Source: Paraspadella gotoi (Eukaryota > Animalia > Chaetognatha). Taken from it: 64,000 nt of DNA. The DNA lies in NCBI GenBank assembly GCA_051294375.1, contig JBJCIZ010000239.1:5161141-5225140 (forward strand), read 5' to 3'. Positions 26,927 through 37,965 of the stretch are shown in pieces. The notes under the pieces were generated by a model, which saw only the letters and a list, made by a program, of their open reading frames with translations, did no database searches and was not told where the DNA came from. Numbering within the stretch: position 1 is the first letter of the stretch; each line of letters begins with the position of its first letter. A program made the position numbers and the translations under genes.

Positions 26927-27597
26927 ACTCATGACTCATTAAGATCCGCACAAATTTCTACTTCTGTGAGCACAGCGGTTGGGTGACTAAAATCTGGAGA
27001 TGGAAAAAGAAGGGAAAAATAAAATGTACAATGTACGAGAATAATTATAACGATTAATAGTCAAAACTCAGTATCAAAATGATAACAATATTCTTTTCTT
27101 AATTATTTTATTTTATTATGATGTTCTAACCTGGTCACAAGACTAGACAAGACATGTTGATTGTTAAATTACAACTTTGCTTACAAGTTTGCACAGTTCC
27201 GTTTCCTTTTTCTCGTCGAATAAAAAAAAATAACAATCTCACACTTTTATGTTATCAATCGGTCGAACACTTTCAATAACACTCAGTTAGTGATAGCACT
27301 CTTATCATTCCATCACNNNNNNNNNNCTATCACGCGTGACTCTCTGCCCGTCGCCTGAGACAACTTCTCTCACATAAATCACGAATCATTTTCCACTTCG
27401 TTTTCTCTCTGACGAGAAGTAACGATGCCTCACAGACGGACGAACGGACGGACGGACGGACGGACCGAATCAAAAAACCTGATCACCTCAGAAGTCGTAA
27501 AGCGATTATCACCACCGATTCGGAATCAGAGTCGACGCCCTCCCCGTTTCTCTCTCTCTCTNNNNNNNNNNNNNNNNNNNNNNNNNCTCTCTCTCTT

Positions 27598-27653
<56 letters not shown>

Positions 27654-27772
27654 GCTCTCTCTTCTCTCTCTCCAACGCCTTAATTTACGACGCTGATGAT
27701 GTTTTTACCCAAATATGGATATAAGTCATCCAATGCCTCAGATGCCTGCTTTGACGGAGATACATATACTTT

Positions 27773-27836
<64 letters not shown>

Positions 27837-30636
27837 GAGAGAAGAGAAGAGAGAGAGGGAGAGAGAGAGAGGAGAGACGGAGATGCGTGGATTAATGGAG
27901 GCGAATCGATGGAAGCACACGGAAGAGAAGGAGAAGAGCGTGACACTATTATTAGGCCTTTTTCAATTCTTACCAATCATTCAACTCAAGCATTTCAAGC
28001 CATATAAAATCAATCAAGCAGCAATCAAGTAATCAATCAAGCAAGCAATTCGAGAAATCAAATCAACGCAGGCAATCGAAGCAAATCGAACGAGCAATTC
28101 AAACCATCAGACAGTAATTCTATTAAACAAATTCTACAAACAAGAAATTTAGTTTGTCAACAAAAATTCGCTCTAGTAGGTTTAAACTAGCAAGTTTTTA
28201 AATATCATCATCGCTAATATACCGAAAAATAACGGTTCTTTTCAAAGTCTCTATTTATTTTTTTACAAACCGCTATGGCCTTCATATTCCAGCAGGGGCA
28301 TATCACACATTATCCACCACCGCTATTTGTTACCCCATAATTTCACCACATTTCATCCCGCATTGTTCAGCCACAACAACCAACATTTTTCCCACCCTAT
28401 CCAATTCATCACAACCACCATCCAAATTTCCAAGCATTCCTTATATTCTCACCCTAACCCATTTTCCACCACCGCTATTACTATTTCCATCATCGTCACC
28501 CTATTTCCCCACAACGAACCAACATTTTTCCCACCCCTATTCCCAATTTCCACCCACCCAATACCACCACATATATCCACCACTCCACCCATTTCCACGA
28601 AGTCTCTTAATATTCCAGCACCTCCACATTCCCCACAGTCTTATTACCCAACCCTTATCCAACCTTTCAACCGCGCGCCGCCGCTTGCATTTTAATGTAA
28701 GAGTCCATAACCGATTAGTCTGCTTCGATACGGCGGGAGACCGGGGCACAGGCCGGAGATTCGCGCACGGGCCGGGAATCCGGGCCGTTGCGCGGGTGCC
28801 GTATTTTAAGTTAAAAGAAGATTCGTCCTCTCAATATGGGGCCTGTGGAGCATATATAATGGAATCAGGGCGGACCATTTTATATTCTCTCATAATCATC
28901 ATCGTCAGTTCATCGTTGGGCCTATTTCTGCGACACATTAATATAACTCCTTTCTCTCTCTCTTCTCTCCTCTCTCTTCTCTCTCTCTCTTCTCTCTCTT
29001 CTCTCTCTCTCTCTTTCTCTCCTCTTTCTCTCTTCTCCTCTCTCGTCTCTCTCTCCTCTCCTCTCTCTTTACTTATCTCTCCCCCTGTTATACATATACA
29101 TAACAAATGAAAATTTTCATTTTGTGTACGAATTAAATTAATCAGTATCGGGCTGAACATATACTGAATTAATATTTAATATCAAAATAATATTTTGAGT
29201 TGAGGAAGGAAGAGAAAGAAGAAGAAGGAGGGGAAGGAAAGGAGGATCCAAGGGGGCGAGCAGGCGAGAAGAGATAAAAAGTCGCCATAGCGAAAATATA
29301 AAAATAACGGGAAATAACAAATAATGCGGAACGGAACAAAGAACGAACGACGCTGTTTTATTGATGGAAACAAAATGTGCGTCGATTAGAGACTAGAGAT
29401 TGACAATGGAGCTAGGGAGGTAGGAGAGAGGAGTGAGAGAGAGATGAGAGAGAGAAGAGAGAGATGAGAGATCGACAGAGAGAGGAGAGGCGAGAGAGAG
29501 AGGAGAGAGAGACGAGAGACGAAAAGAAAGATATCGAGCTTTTCTCGAATGACAGAGGACCATTTCGCGTTCGTTGAAAGCGGATTCCCAAAATCAGAAC
29601 TCCGCCCCGGTGCGTTGTTTCATTTCGTCGTTCTTCGTCGTCCTGTCGATCGGTCTCGTCGTTTCATCGTCGCTCATGAGAGGTATCGATTACCATTCTG
29701 AATGGGACCAGTTTTTTTATCAAATCGCGATTATTTCTAATCTACTCCTTTCTCTTCTCTCCTCTCTTCTCTTCTTACATTTCTCATCTTATTAATAATC
29801 ATTAAACACGCTTACAGCAGGCGCATTCTTGGGTTTTTTAATCTCGTATCATCATCATCATCATCATCATCATCATACATCTCATCATATCATTAATCAT
29901 ACATCATATCATCATTCATCATCACTCTTCTCTTTTTATTTTCATTATTTTCATCTTCAATGATTTGCTAATTCAACTTTTTGTTAACATGCACCTTTCT
30001 AGTATTTCCTCGCTCTCTCTCTCTCTCGCTCCTCTCGTCTCTCTTCTCTCGTTCCCTCCTCTCTCCGGGTTTTCGCACTTAAGATCTCCGTTTTTTCATT
30101 CAAGTCAGTCCTTTCACCTCCACCTCCGGTCCTTCTCCTCCTCCTACTCATTCCTCCTCCTCTTCCCTATCCTCTCCTCCTCATTCTCCTGCCTACGTCT
30201 TCTTCCTCCTCCTCTTCTTCTTCCTCTCTCCTCCCTTTCGTCTTTCCGGTTTTAAGTTCACGTGGTACGGCAAAACTTTTTGCGAAATCACGGAAAAGAG
30301 GGAAGAGAAGGAATGGAGAGAATGAATAGAGGCTAAGAATAATACGAAAATGTAAATATGAACTAATGAATGGCTGGGTTTGATAGGAATGAATGAACGA
30401 TTAACGATAATAATGAGATAAATGATAATGAATTGATATGAATGTGAATGAATATGAATGAAATGATGGATAATGAATGATGAATAGAATGATATGAATA
30501 TGCATGAGATGAAGATGACATGCAATGAATGAATGAATGAACGAATGATGATGAATGAATGATACCAATTGGACAGAATTTGCACGCATGAACGGTTGAG
30601 CGACATGAGAGAAAACAGTTAGTGGACAGAGAGACT

Positions 30637-30679
<43 letters not shown>

Positions 30680-30684
30680 TCTTT

Positions 30685-30722
<38 letters not shown>

Positions 30723-30757
30723 GGAAAAAGAAGCTTAAATCTCTCCCGCCCATCTAC

Positions 30758-31802
30758 CCGGATGATATCCCCGCAGATCGCTCTTTCTCTCACAAACGCA
30801 TCATCGGGATTATAGAACCCTGAGAGAGAAAGAGGAGGTCAGCGTGTTCGTCGTCGTCGAAGAAAAGGGAATCAGCATCAGCCAATCAAACGCGATGCAT
30901 AGAAACTCACCAATAGAGGAATCAGCCAATACAGGACGGAATCAGCCAATCGAGAACGGGAATCAGCCAATCAAGGAAAAGCCATCGCGAAATCAGAAAC
31001 AGGAACGAAACGAATAGCCACATCAGGAAGCGGAATTAGCAATCAGGAACGCGAATCAGCCCAATACCTCAGGACACGGAATCATAGGAACCGAAATCAG
31101 CAATCGACGGATACAATCAATCCAGATCCCAATCAGGAACCGGAAATAAGCCAATCAGAACGGAACAGCCAATCATGAGCGAAAGAAACGACTGTTAAAT
31201 TCAACACATAAGTAAAAGTTGTGTAACTAGGTTAACGATCATTAGGTTGATGAAAATTATCCATTATTTTAATGAAATAAGCTTATTCTGTGCCCTGATC
31301 TTGAACAGCTTTCCGGATTATCCCCGCAGATCGCTCTTCTCTCACAAACGCATCATCGGATTTAGAACCTGAGAAGAGAAAGAGAGAGGTCAGCGTCGTC
31401 GTCGTCGTCGAAGAAAAGGAATCAGCCAATCAGGAACTGAATCAGCCACATAAGGAACGATTGCCCACATCGGAACGGAATCAGCCAATCAGATAAGCGG
31501 AATTAAGCCAATCAGGAAGCTGAATCAGCCAAACCTCAGGAACGGATATCAACCAATCAGGAACGGAAATAGACAATAAGAACGGATATCAGCCAAATAG
31601 GACACGGAATTAGCCATCAGGAACGGAATCAGCCAATCAGGAACGGAATAAGCCAATCAGGAACGGAATCAGCCAATCATGAGAAAGAAAACGACTGTTA
31701 AATTCAACACAATAAGTAAAAGTGTAACTAGGTAACGATCATTATGAAAATTATCCATTTATTTAATGAATAAGCTATCTTGCCCCTGACTTTGAACAGG
31801 CT
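30758..31802 (+). repeat. Tandem duplication (30758-31310 noisy; 31313-31802 cleaner) present only in the right arm
   Basis: Both copies start 'ccggat..tatccccgcagatcgctc' and end 'tgaacag(g)ct'. The left arm has a single copy at ~23205-23690. Confidence 0.9.
31418..31680 (+). repeat. 20 bp minisatellite GGAACGGAATCAGCCAATCA, about 13 copies
   Basis: Clean units at 31620-31680; each contains AGCCAATCAG. Confidence 0.9.
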
Positions 31803-32030
31803 TTGGTGGTTTAAGGCCTCCATCACTCTTACAAGATAATGACATAGCAGGTCCCTGCAAGCTTTTAATCAAGACTTTCTCACAGTCTCGTTTATTCACT
31901 CCCAGATTTCCTGGCTTCTCATTAAATTTCTTACATGTGATAGAGGTTTTAAACCACTAAAGCCTGTCCAAAGTTAGGGGCAAGATAATTTAGTTATTGA
32001 ATGGATGGATAATTTTTATATTAGTTGTAC
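31722..32030. mobile_element. ~300 bp MITE with long (~45 bp core, up to ~90 bp) imperfect TIRs
   Basis: Left 'tatcttgcccctgactttgaacaggctttggtggtttaaggcctc' pairs with right 'gaggttttaaaccactaaagcctgtccaaagttagggggcaagata'. The outer 'aaaattatccat'/'atggataatttt' motifs also pair. No ORF; dispersed partial copies occur elsewhere in the window. Confidence 0.8.
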
Positions 32031-33319
32031 CATTTTCATAAATAAAATGCTATTTTAATTACAAAAGGAATATCATCGATTACAACAGCAACAACAACAA
32101 CAACGACGACAAAAACTTTCACTGGTGATCCGCTTCTCCATCGAACTAAATCCTCCTCTCACTTTGAGGATTTCCGGTGGCCGACGTTTGCATCCGACGC
32201 CGGTTGGAATTTCCGTGTCTTGCTGTCAGAGAGAGAGAGAGATAGAGAGNNNNNNNNNNNNNNNNNNNNNNNNNNNNNNNNNNNNNNNNNNNNNNNNNNN
32301 NNNNNNNNNNNNNNNNNNNNNNNNNNNNNNNNNNNNNNNNNNNNNNNNNNNNNNNNNNNNNNNNNNNNNNNNNNNNNNNNNNNNNNNNNNNNNNNNNNNN
32401 NNNNNNNNNNNNNNNNNNNNNNNNNNNNNNNNNNNNNNNNNNNNNNNNNNNNNNNNNNNNNNNNNNNNNNNNNNNNNNNNNNNNNNNNNNNNNNNNNNNN
32501 NNNNNNNNNNNNNNNNNNNNNNNNNNNNNNNNNNNNNNNNNNNNNNNNNNNNNNNNNNNNNNNNNNNNNNNNNNNNNNNNNTCCCTCAACCTATTTGACA
32601 CCTTGACCACCCTCCTTTCCCCCACTACCCACTCCTCTCAAGAAAATCGAGGTTGTCACGTGACCTGGCGATCGAATTCGGGCGGAGTCGTCGCGAGGGA
32701 AGNNNNNNNNNNNNNNNNNNNNNNNNNNNNNNNNNNNNNNNNNNNNNNNNNNNNNNNNNNNNNNNNNNNNNNNNNNNNNNNNNNNNNNNNNNNNNNNNNN
32801 NNNNNNNNNNNNNNNNNNNNNNNNNNNNNNNNNNNNNNNNNNNNNNNNNNNNNNNNNNNNNNNNNNNNNNNNNNNNNNNNNNNNNNNNNNNNNNNNNNNN
32901 NNNNNNNNNNNNNNNNNNNNNNNNNNNNNNNNNNNNNNNNNNNNNNNNNNNNNNNNNNNNNNNNNNNNNNNNNNNNNNNNNNNNNNNGAGAGGAAGGGAG
33001 AGAGGAAGAGACGGTGAAGGAGAGAGAAGAGAGGGAGAAAAGAAGAGAGGGAGAGAGGGAGGGAAGGGAGAGAGAGAGAGAGAAACGGAAAGAGGGAGCG
33101 AAAGAGGAAGGGATAGAGGTAGAAGGAGAGGAGAGAGGGAGAAAAGAAGAGAGGGAGAGAAAGAGAAAAGGAGAGAGGGAGGAAAGAGAGAGTGAGAGAG
33201 GAAGGAAGAAGAGAGGGAGAAAAGAAGAGCGGGAGAGGGAGATGGAGGAAGAAAAGAGGCATAGGGAAAGAAAAAGAGGAAGAAAAATAGGAAAGGATAG
33301 AGTGAGAAGGAGAGAAGGT

Positions 33320-33460
33320 AGGGAAGAGGAGGATAGAAGGATAGAGAAGATAGATACTAAAGTGGGAAGAGGAGGATAGAAGGATAGAGAAGATGGATAC
33401 TAAAGTGGGAAGAGGATGAGAGAAGGACAGAGAAAATAGATACAAAAGTGGGAAGAGGGA
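33320..33460 (+). repeat. ~43 bp tandem repeat x3 (gggaagaggaggatagaaggatagagaagatrgatactaaagt)
   Basis: Three units are visible; this array is absent from the mirror position (~21930) in the left arm. Confidence 0.8.
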
Positions 33461-34117
33461 ACAAGTCATCTTCGCACCAACAATTACCGTGATTACAACA
33501 ATCAAAACAACAACGACAACAACGACAACAACAACGACTACAAAAACACGGGAACAAAGGAAAATGCAAAACTAACCAACATTGCATTTTATCCCCAATT
33601 TGTTAAATTAGGAAAAAAACTTCAAGGAATTTTGTTAATCATAGTCAGTCAGTTCGTAGTTAATATAACAAATTAGCAACATATCCTTAAATATCCTATA
33701 CCGACCGCACCTTTGTCCACTAAATATCCACAACTCCCCCNNNNNNNNNNNNNNNNNNNNNNNNNNNNNNNNNNNNNNNNNNNNNNNNNNNNNNNNNNNN
33801 NNNNNNNNNNNNNNNNNNNNNNNNNNNNNNNNNNNNNNNNNNNNNNNNNNNNNNNNNNNNNNNNNNNNNNNNNNNNNNNNNNNNNNNNNNNNNNNNNNNN
33901 NNNNNNNNNNNNNNNNNNNNNNNNNNNNNNNNNNNNNNNNNNNNNNNNNNNNNNNNNAGAAGGGAGAGGGAGAGGAGAGAGAGAGATATATATACATATA
34001 TAATATATATATCTTCTTATCATCACAATGAATTTTATTTTAAAATTCCCAATGCTGGAGTAATGAAAAAGTTAATTCCACATAGCACGAATCTGATAGA
34101 AAACAGTCGCAATCGTC

Positions 34118-34215
34118 CACCTGACCACCTGACCACATGACCACATGACCATAAGACAACCTAACCACCTGACTACCTAACCACCTGACTACCTGACCAC
34201 CTGACCACATGACCA
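34118..34215 (+). repeat. 8 bp tandem repeat (acctgacc/acatgacc), mirrored at ~21200-21297
   Basis: Read directly from the sequence. Confidence 0.85.
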
Positions 34216-35293
34216 TCTCACCTCTCTCTTTTCCTCACCTTTCACTGATCGCTACGGGATTTGATTGATTAGTTTCGGTTGACGTCGACGCTGTTATCCG
34301 TAGGAAGCCTNNNNNNNNNNNNNNNNNNNNNNNNNNNNNNNNNNNNNNNNNNNNNNNNNNNNNNNNNNNNNNNNNNNNNNNNNNNNNNNNNNNNNNNNNN
34401 NNNNNNNNNNNNNNNNNNNNNNNNNNNNNNNNNNNNNNNNNNNNNNNNNNNNNNNNNNNNNNNNNNNNNNNNNNNNNNNNNNGGCGCTTGAAACATTATA
34501 TGGTAGATGGTTCTTACCTTTTGTCAGTTGTTCGATTTTTTTTCTTATTCTGCGCGACAAAATAAAAAAAAAAAAAAAAAAATGTGAAAGGCGAGCGATA
34601 AGTTAAACACTTTTATTTGAAGCTCGATTTATAAAAGTAGCTTTTGGTACTCCCCGGCTTTAGAATCGTTAGTGTTTATAAAATTCCCTATTTTTTTAGC
34701 CTGTGAATATACTGTTGTCTCTTGCAACTTTTTTATTCTTTATTTTTGCCTAAGGAATTGCACCACGACAATTTAGTGAGATGGAAGTTTTAAGGACGTG
34801 ATTTTATGACTATATGTTCGTGGGCGCACGATGAGTGCCTTTTGTGTATACGTATGTGCAGACTGTGACATTACGTATGCATAGCGCCGACGCATTGTTG
34901 GGCAACGAAGTGTACATTGCGTGTAACAGCAAAAAATATTTAAAGAGAAAAGGATGAAATGATTAAAGATTATAGAGTTAGAGAGGTGAGAGAGTGGATG
35001 AAAGAAGCAAGACTACAGAGAGATGCATGAGAGAGAAGAGAGCAGTAAAGAGAGAGAGCAGAGAGAAGAGGAGGAGGAGAGAGAAGAGAAAGGAGAGAGA
35101 GAGAGAGAGAGAGGGATGGAGAGAGAGGGAGAGAGAGAGAGAAGAGAGAGAAAGTCGCTGATTTGCAACGAAAAGTTAGCGGATTTCATTTCCTGCAAAG
35201 GTGAATGCGGATTGAGATGGCAAGAGGGGTAGAAGAGAGGTGTGGTGTGTTTAATGGCTGATGGTTAAAAATCTCTCTCTCTCTCGTCTCTCT

Positions 35294-35346
<53 letters not shown>

Positions 35347-36116
35347 AAAAAAAGAAAAAAAAAGAAGATCCTCGCTCAAAAACGAAGACGGAGAAATGAA
35401 AAGATTATCTCTCCAAATTGAAAACCCAAAAAATGGTTAACGTCGTCGAGGAAGTTCAGTGACTCGGTCGAATATGAAATATTGACGGAAAAATGAACTC
35501 GTTCGCCTCCTCGTCTCGCTTTTGTGCGTCTCTCACTCTCGTCTCTCATGTCCTCTTTGCTGCGTAGATGTTCTCTCTCTGTCTCTTTCAACCTCTGTCT
35601 CTCAATCCTCTTTTCGCTGCCGGGTTTGATGTCTCTCTCTGTCTCTCTTTTAAAAAAAATTATAATTAGACTCGTACTTACTTTTTCTTTATTTCTACGG
35701 CATCTCTTATTGTATCATAATGTTTGTCATGATCATAAAACCTAAATATGTGTTCGTTAACTTAACAATACATGTACAAGACTTAATATGATTAAATATT
35801 TGCTTAACTTACTTGCCAAACCCAAAGCGTTGTCGCGGACAAAATCTCAGATTACGTCGAAAAAAAAAAGTGGTTAAGATTCGCTCCCTCTGTCCCTCTA
35901 TCCTATTTTAGTTTAGGGTCCCGCCAGGAGGGGGAGCCGGTGTAGAATATCCCATGAGGGGTAAGGAGAGGGTAAGGAGACAGGGGGGGAAAGGGGTCAA
36001 GCGAGGTCATGACCCCGGGCCGAAAAAAATTTGGAGCGATGGACGTGAAGGGGGGAAGGTTGACGAGTCATATTTGACAAGGGATCTCAGCGGGGAAGGG
36101 AAAATGGTCGAATGAT

Positions 36117-36464
36117 GAGCCTTATTTTCCTAGAATGCCCCATTTTATCTTAAATTCGAAATTAAGTTAAAGATCAGGTTAGAGGTTAGGGTTAGGGATT
36201 ATGGTTGGGGATTGGGTAAGTGATTAAGGTTTCGTGATTAAGGTTAGGGAATTGGGTAAGGGACTAGTATTTAAAGGTTAAAAATTATTTAAGGGTTAAA
36301 AATTAGGGATAAGGGATTTAAGATTATTGTTCAGGATTAGTTTATATTAGTTTATATTAGTTTATAAATTAAAAAATATACTTAGGTTAAAATTAATTAA
36401 TTTAATTAATTAATAAAATTAATTTCTGGGAAAAACGAACGGCACTCTCGGAAAAGCGAGCCCT
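36117..36464 (-). mobile_element. Copy C (apparently full length, ~350 bp) of MITE-like family with internal degenerate (TTAGGG)n
   Basis: Imperfect ~24 bp TIRs 'gagccttattttcctagaatgcccc' / 'ggcactctcggaaaagcgagccct', with internal 'ggttagaggttagggttagggattatggttgggg...'. Homologous to 4444-4725 and 1432-1640. Confidence 0.65.
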
Positions 36465-36729
36465 TAAATGTGATAGGACGCTGCGGCGGCAGCGGCAGCG
36501 GAAGCGGCAGTGACTGCGTCATTCCCTGCAGCACCAGCAGTAGCGGCAGCACACTGTGTATCAGCAGAAGCAGCGGAATTGATTATCTTAAACTAATACT
36601 GATTTCAAGATAATCTATCTGAATCGTAAATATATACTAAATTTTACAAAAGCGAAATCTAATTTTCTTGAAAATAAGCTACGTATTTATCATCGCAGGA
36701 GATCAATCGCACCAGAGGGCAATCGCCGA

Positions 36730-36860
36730 ATGCTGATTGGCTGAGCCGGAACCGAAATCGACCAATCAGCATGCAAGAACCATTGAACTGTCAAAATCAC
36801 TCTTGCCTCCGATCCTCTCTCTCAGATATAAATAGACTTAGCTTTCCTCAGTTTCAGTAG
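36730..36860 (+). promoter_or_regulatory. Pol II promoter in the LTR: inverted CCAAT pair, TATA box, Inr-like motif
   Basis: atgctgattgg (36730-36740) and ccaatcagcat (36762-36772) form a perfect 11 bp inverted pair. TATAAATA lies at 36827-36834 and TCAGTT/TCAGTA at 36848-36859. Confidence 0.65.
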
Positions 36861-36911
36861 CATTGATCGAGACTCCTGCGTGCGTCTCACCGTCACCATT
36901 ATTATTCTCAG

Positions 36912-36917
36912 AATAAA
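36912..36917 (+). terminator. Polyadenylation signal AATAAA within the LTR
   Basis: AATAAA lies between the TATA box and the LTR 3' end, as expected for an LTR. Confidence 0.5.
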
Positions 36918-36964
36918 TCACGTCTGATTTCGTCCATAGAAATCCATGAGTTTTTCCTTCAATG

Positions 36965-36986
36965 TGGTGGCAGCGGTGGGATTCGA
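36965..36986 (+). promoter_or_regulatory. Primer-binding site complementary to the 3' end of tRNA-Leu (AAG/TAG type)
   Basis: TGGTGGCAGCGGTGGGATTCGA is the reverse complement of TCGAATCCCACCGCTGCCA+CCA, the 3' end of metazoan tRNA-Leu(AAG) including the non-templated CCA. Confidence 0.88.
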
Positions 36987-37524
36987 GTGAACCAATGAAA
37001 AGTGACTTTTGAATTTTAAAACGTAATACCAATGACTAATACCGATAAGCGCGATGATATTATCGTATATACGACAACCAAATCGGCAACTGCGAGGGCA
37101 ACGGAGACGACGATGACAACGACGACGACGACAACGACAAGTACGACAACATAGACGACGACAAGAACAACGACGACGACAACGACGACGTTTATAATCT
37201 TCCAGCCTTAAGTTATGATTCCAACTCTCAATTCCATTTCCCCAACGGAATCGAATTGTGGTCAAACGAAAACTCGTAAAATTCCGCGCTACTGACGCAG
37301 CATTCCCGGCGCGGCATTTCGCGGCATTTCGGGGCATTTCGGGGACTGGAGGCTGAAGGGGGGAGGGTACGTTCCTCTGCATTAGCCGGTTACGGCTTCG
37401 GGTTATTTTAAGTTTGTTGGATTTTATATTGTATGTTAATTATAGGAAATAATACAAGCAAAAGGAGGGGAAAGAGAGAGCGAGAGGAAATATATGACAA
37501 GAGGGAAAGGCAAATTGCGAGACA

Positions 37525-37558
<34 letters not shown>

Positions 37559-37863
37559 ACACAAGCAGAAAATAGAAGAAAAAATAGCAGAATAAAAGGC
37601 GAAGCTGATTGGCTTCCAAGCATTATAAGAACAGTAAATAAAATTGCTTGATGCCAAGAAAAACAAAAATAAACTTGTATTGCTGTCACAATAAGAGATG
37701 CTCCCAACGCTTCAAATTCTCTCTTTTGTTGAGGAAGAAAGGAAATGAACAAACGGAGAAAAGGTGATTCTTACGACCCCTGGCGGTAAAAACGTCATCT
37801 CCTATCTCTCTCTCTCTCTCTCTGCTGCCTCCTCATCTCCTTCTCTCTCTCTCATCGAATCTC

Positions 37864-37894
<31 letters not shown>

Positions 37895-37965
37895 GCTCTC
37901 TGCTCGTCACGCCTCATCTCTCTTCTCTCTCTCTATTAAANNNNNNNNNNNNNNNNNNNNNNNNN

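Larger units (their letters stand above)
27587..35610 (-). repeat. Right arm of ~16 kb palindrome
   Basis: Starts right after a 25-N gap (27562-27586). Ends 'gtctctttca..ctctgtctc.caatcctc', the reverse complement of 19651-19678. Contains four sized N gaps whose content is present in the left arm. Confidence 0.95.
36469..36961 (+). mobile_element. LTR (~490 bp) of an LTR retrotransposon, 5' LTR remnant; probably Ty3/Gypsy-like
   Basis: Begins TG(TGATAGGA) and ends (TCCTT)CA, 3 nt before a tRNA primer-binding site. Internal CCAAT pair, TATA box, Inr-like TCAGT and AATAAA lie in U3-R-U5 order. The 5' boundary is inferred because there is no second LTR to align. Confidence 0.75.

Noticed and set aside
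36175-36340. True telomere or chromosome-end remnant
   Set aside because: The repeats are short, highly degenerate and enclosed within a dispersed element.
36965-36986. Minus-strand tRNA-Leu gene
   Set aside because: Only the 3' 22 nt match, the match includes the non-templated CCA, and the rest of the cloverleaf is absent. This fits a PBS.
37033-37155. Short ORF after the PBS as gag
   Set aside because: About 40 codons, mostly Thr from (ACG/ACA)n, then a stop; no gag features.
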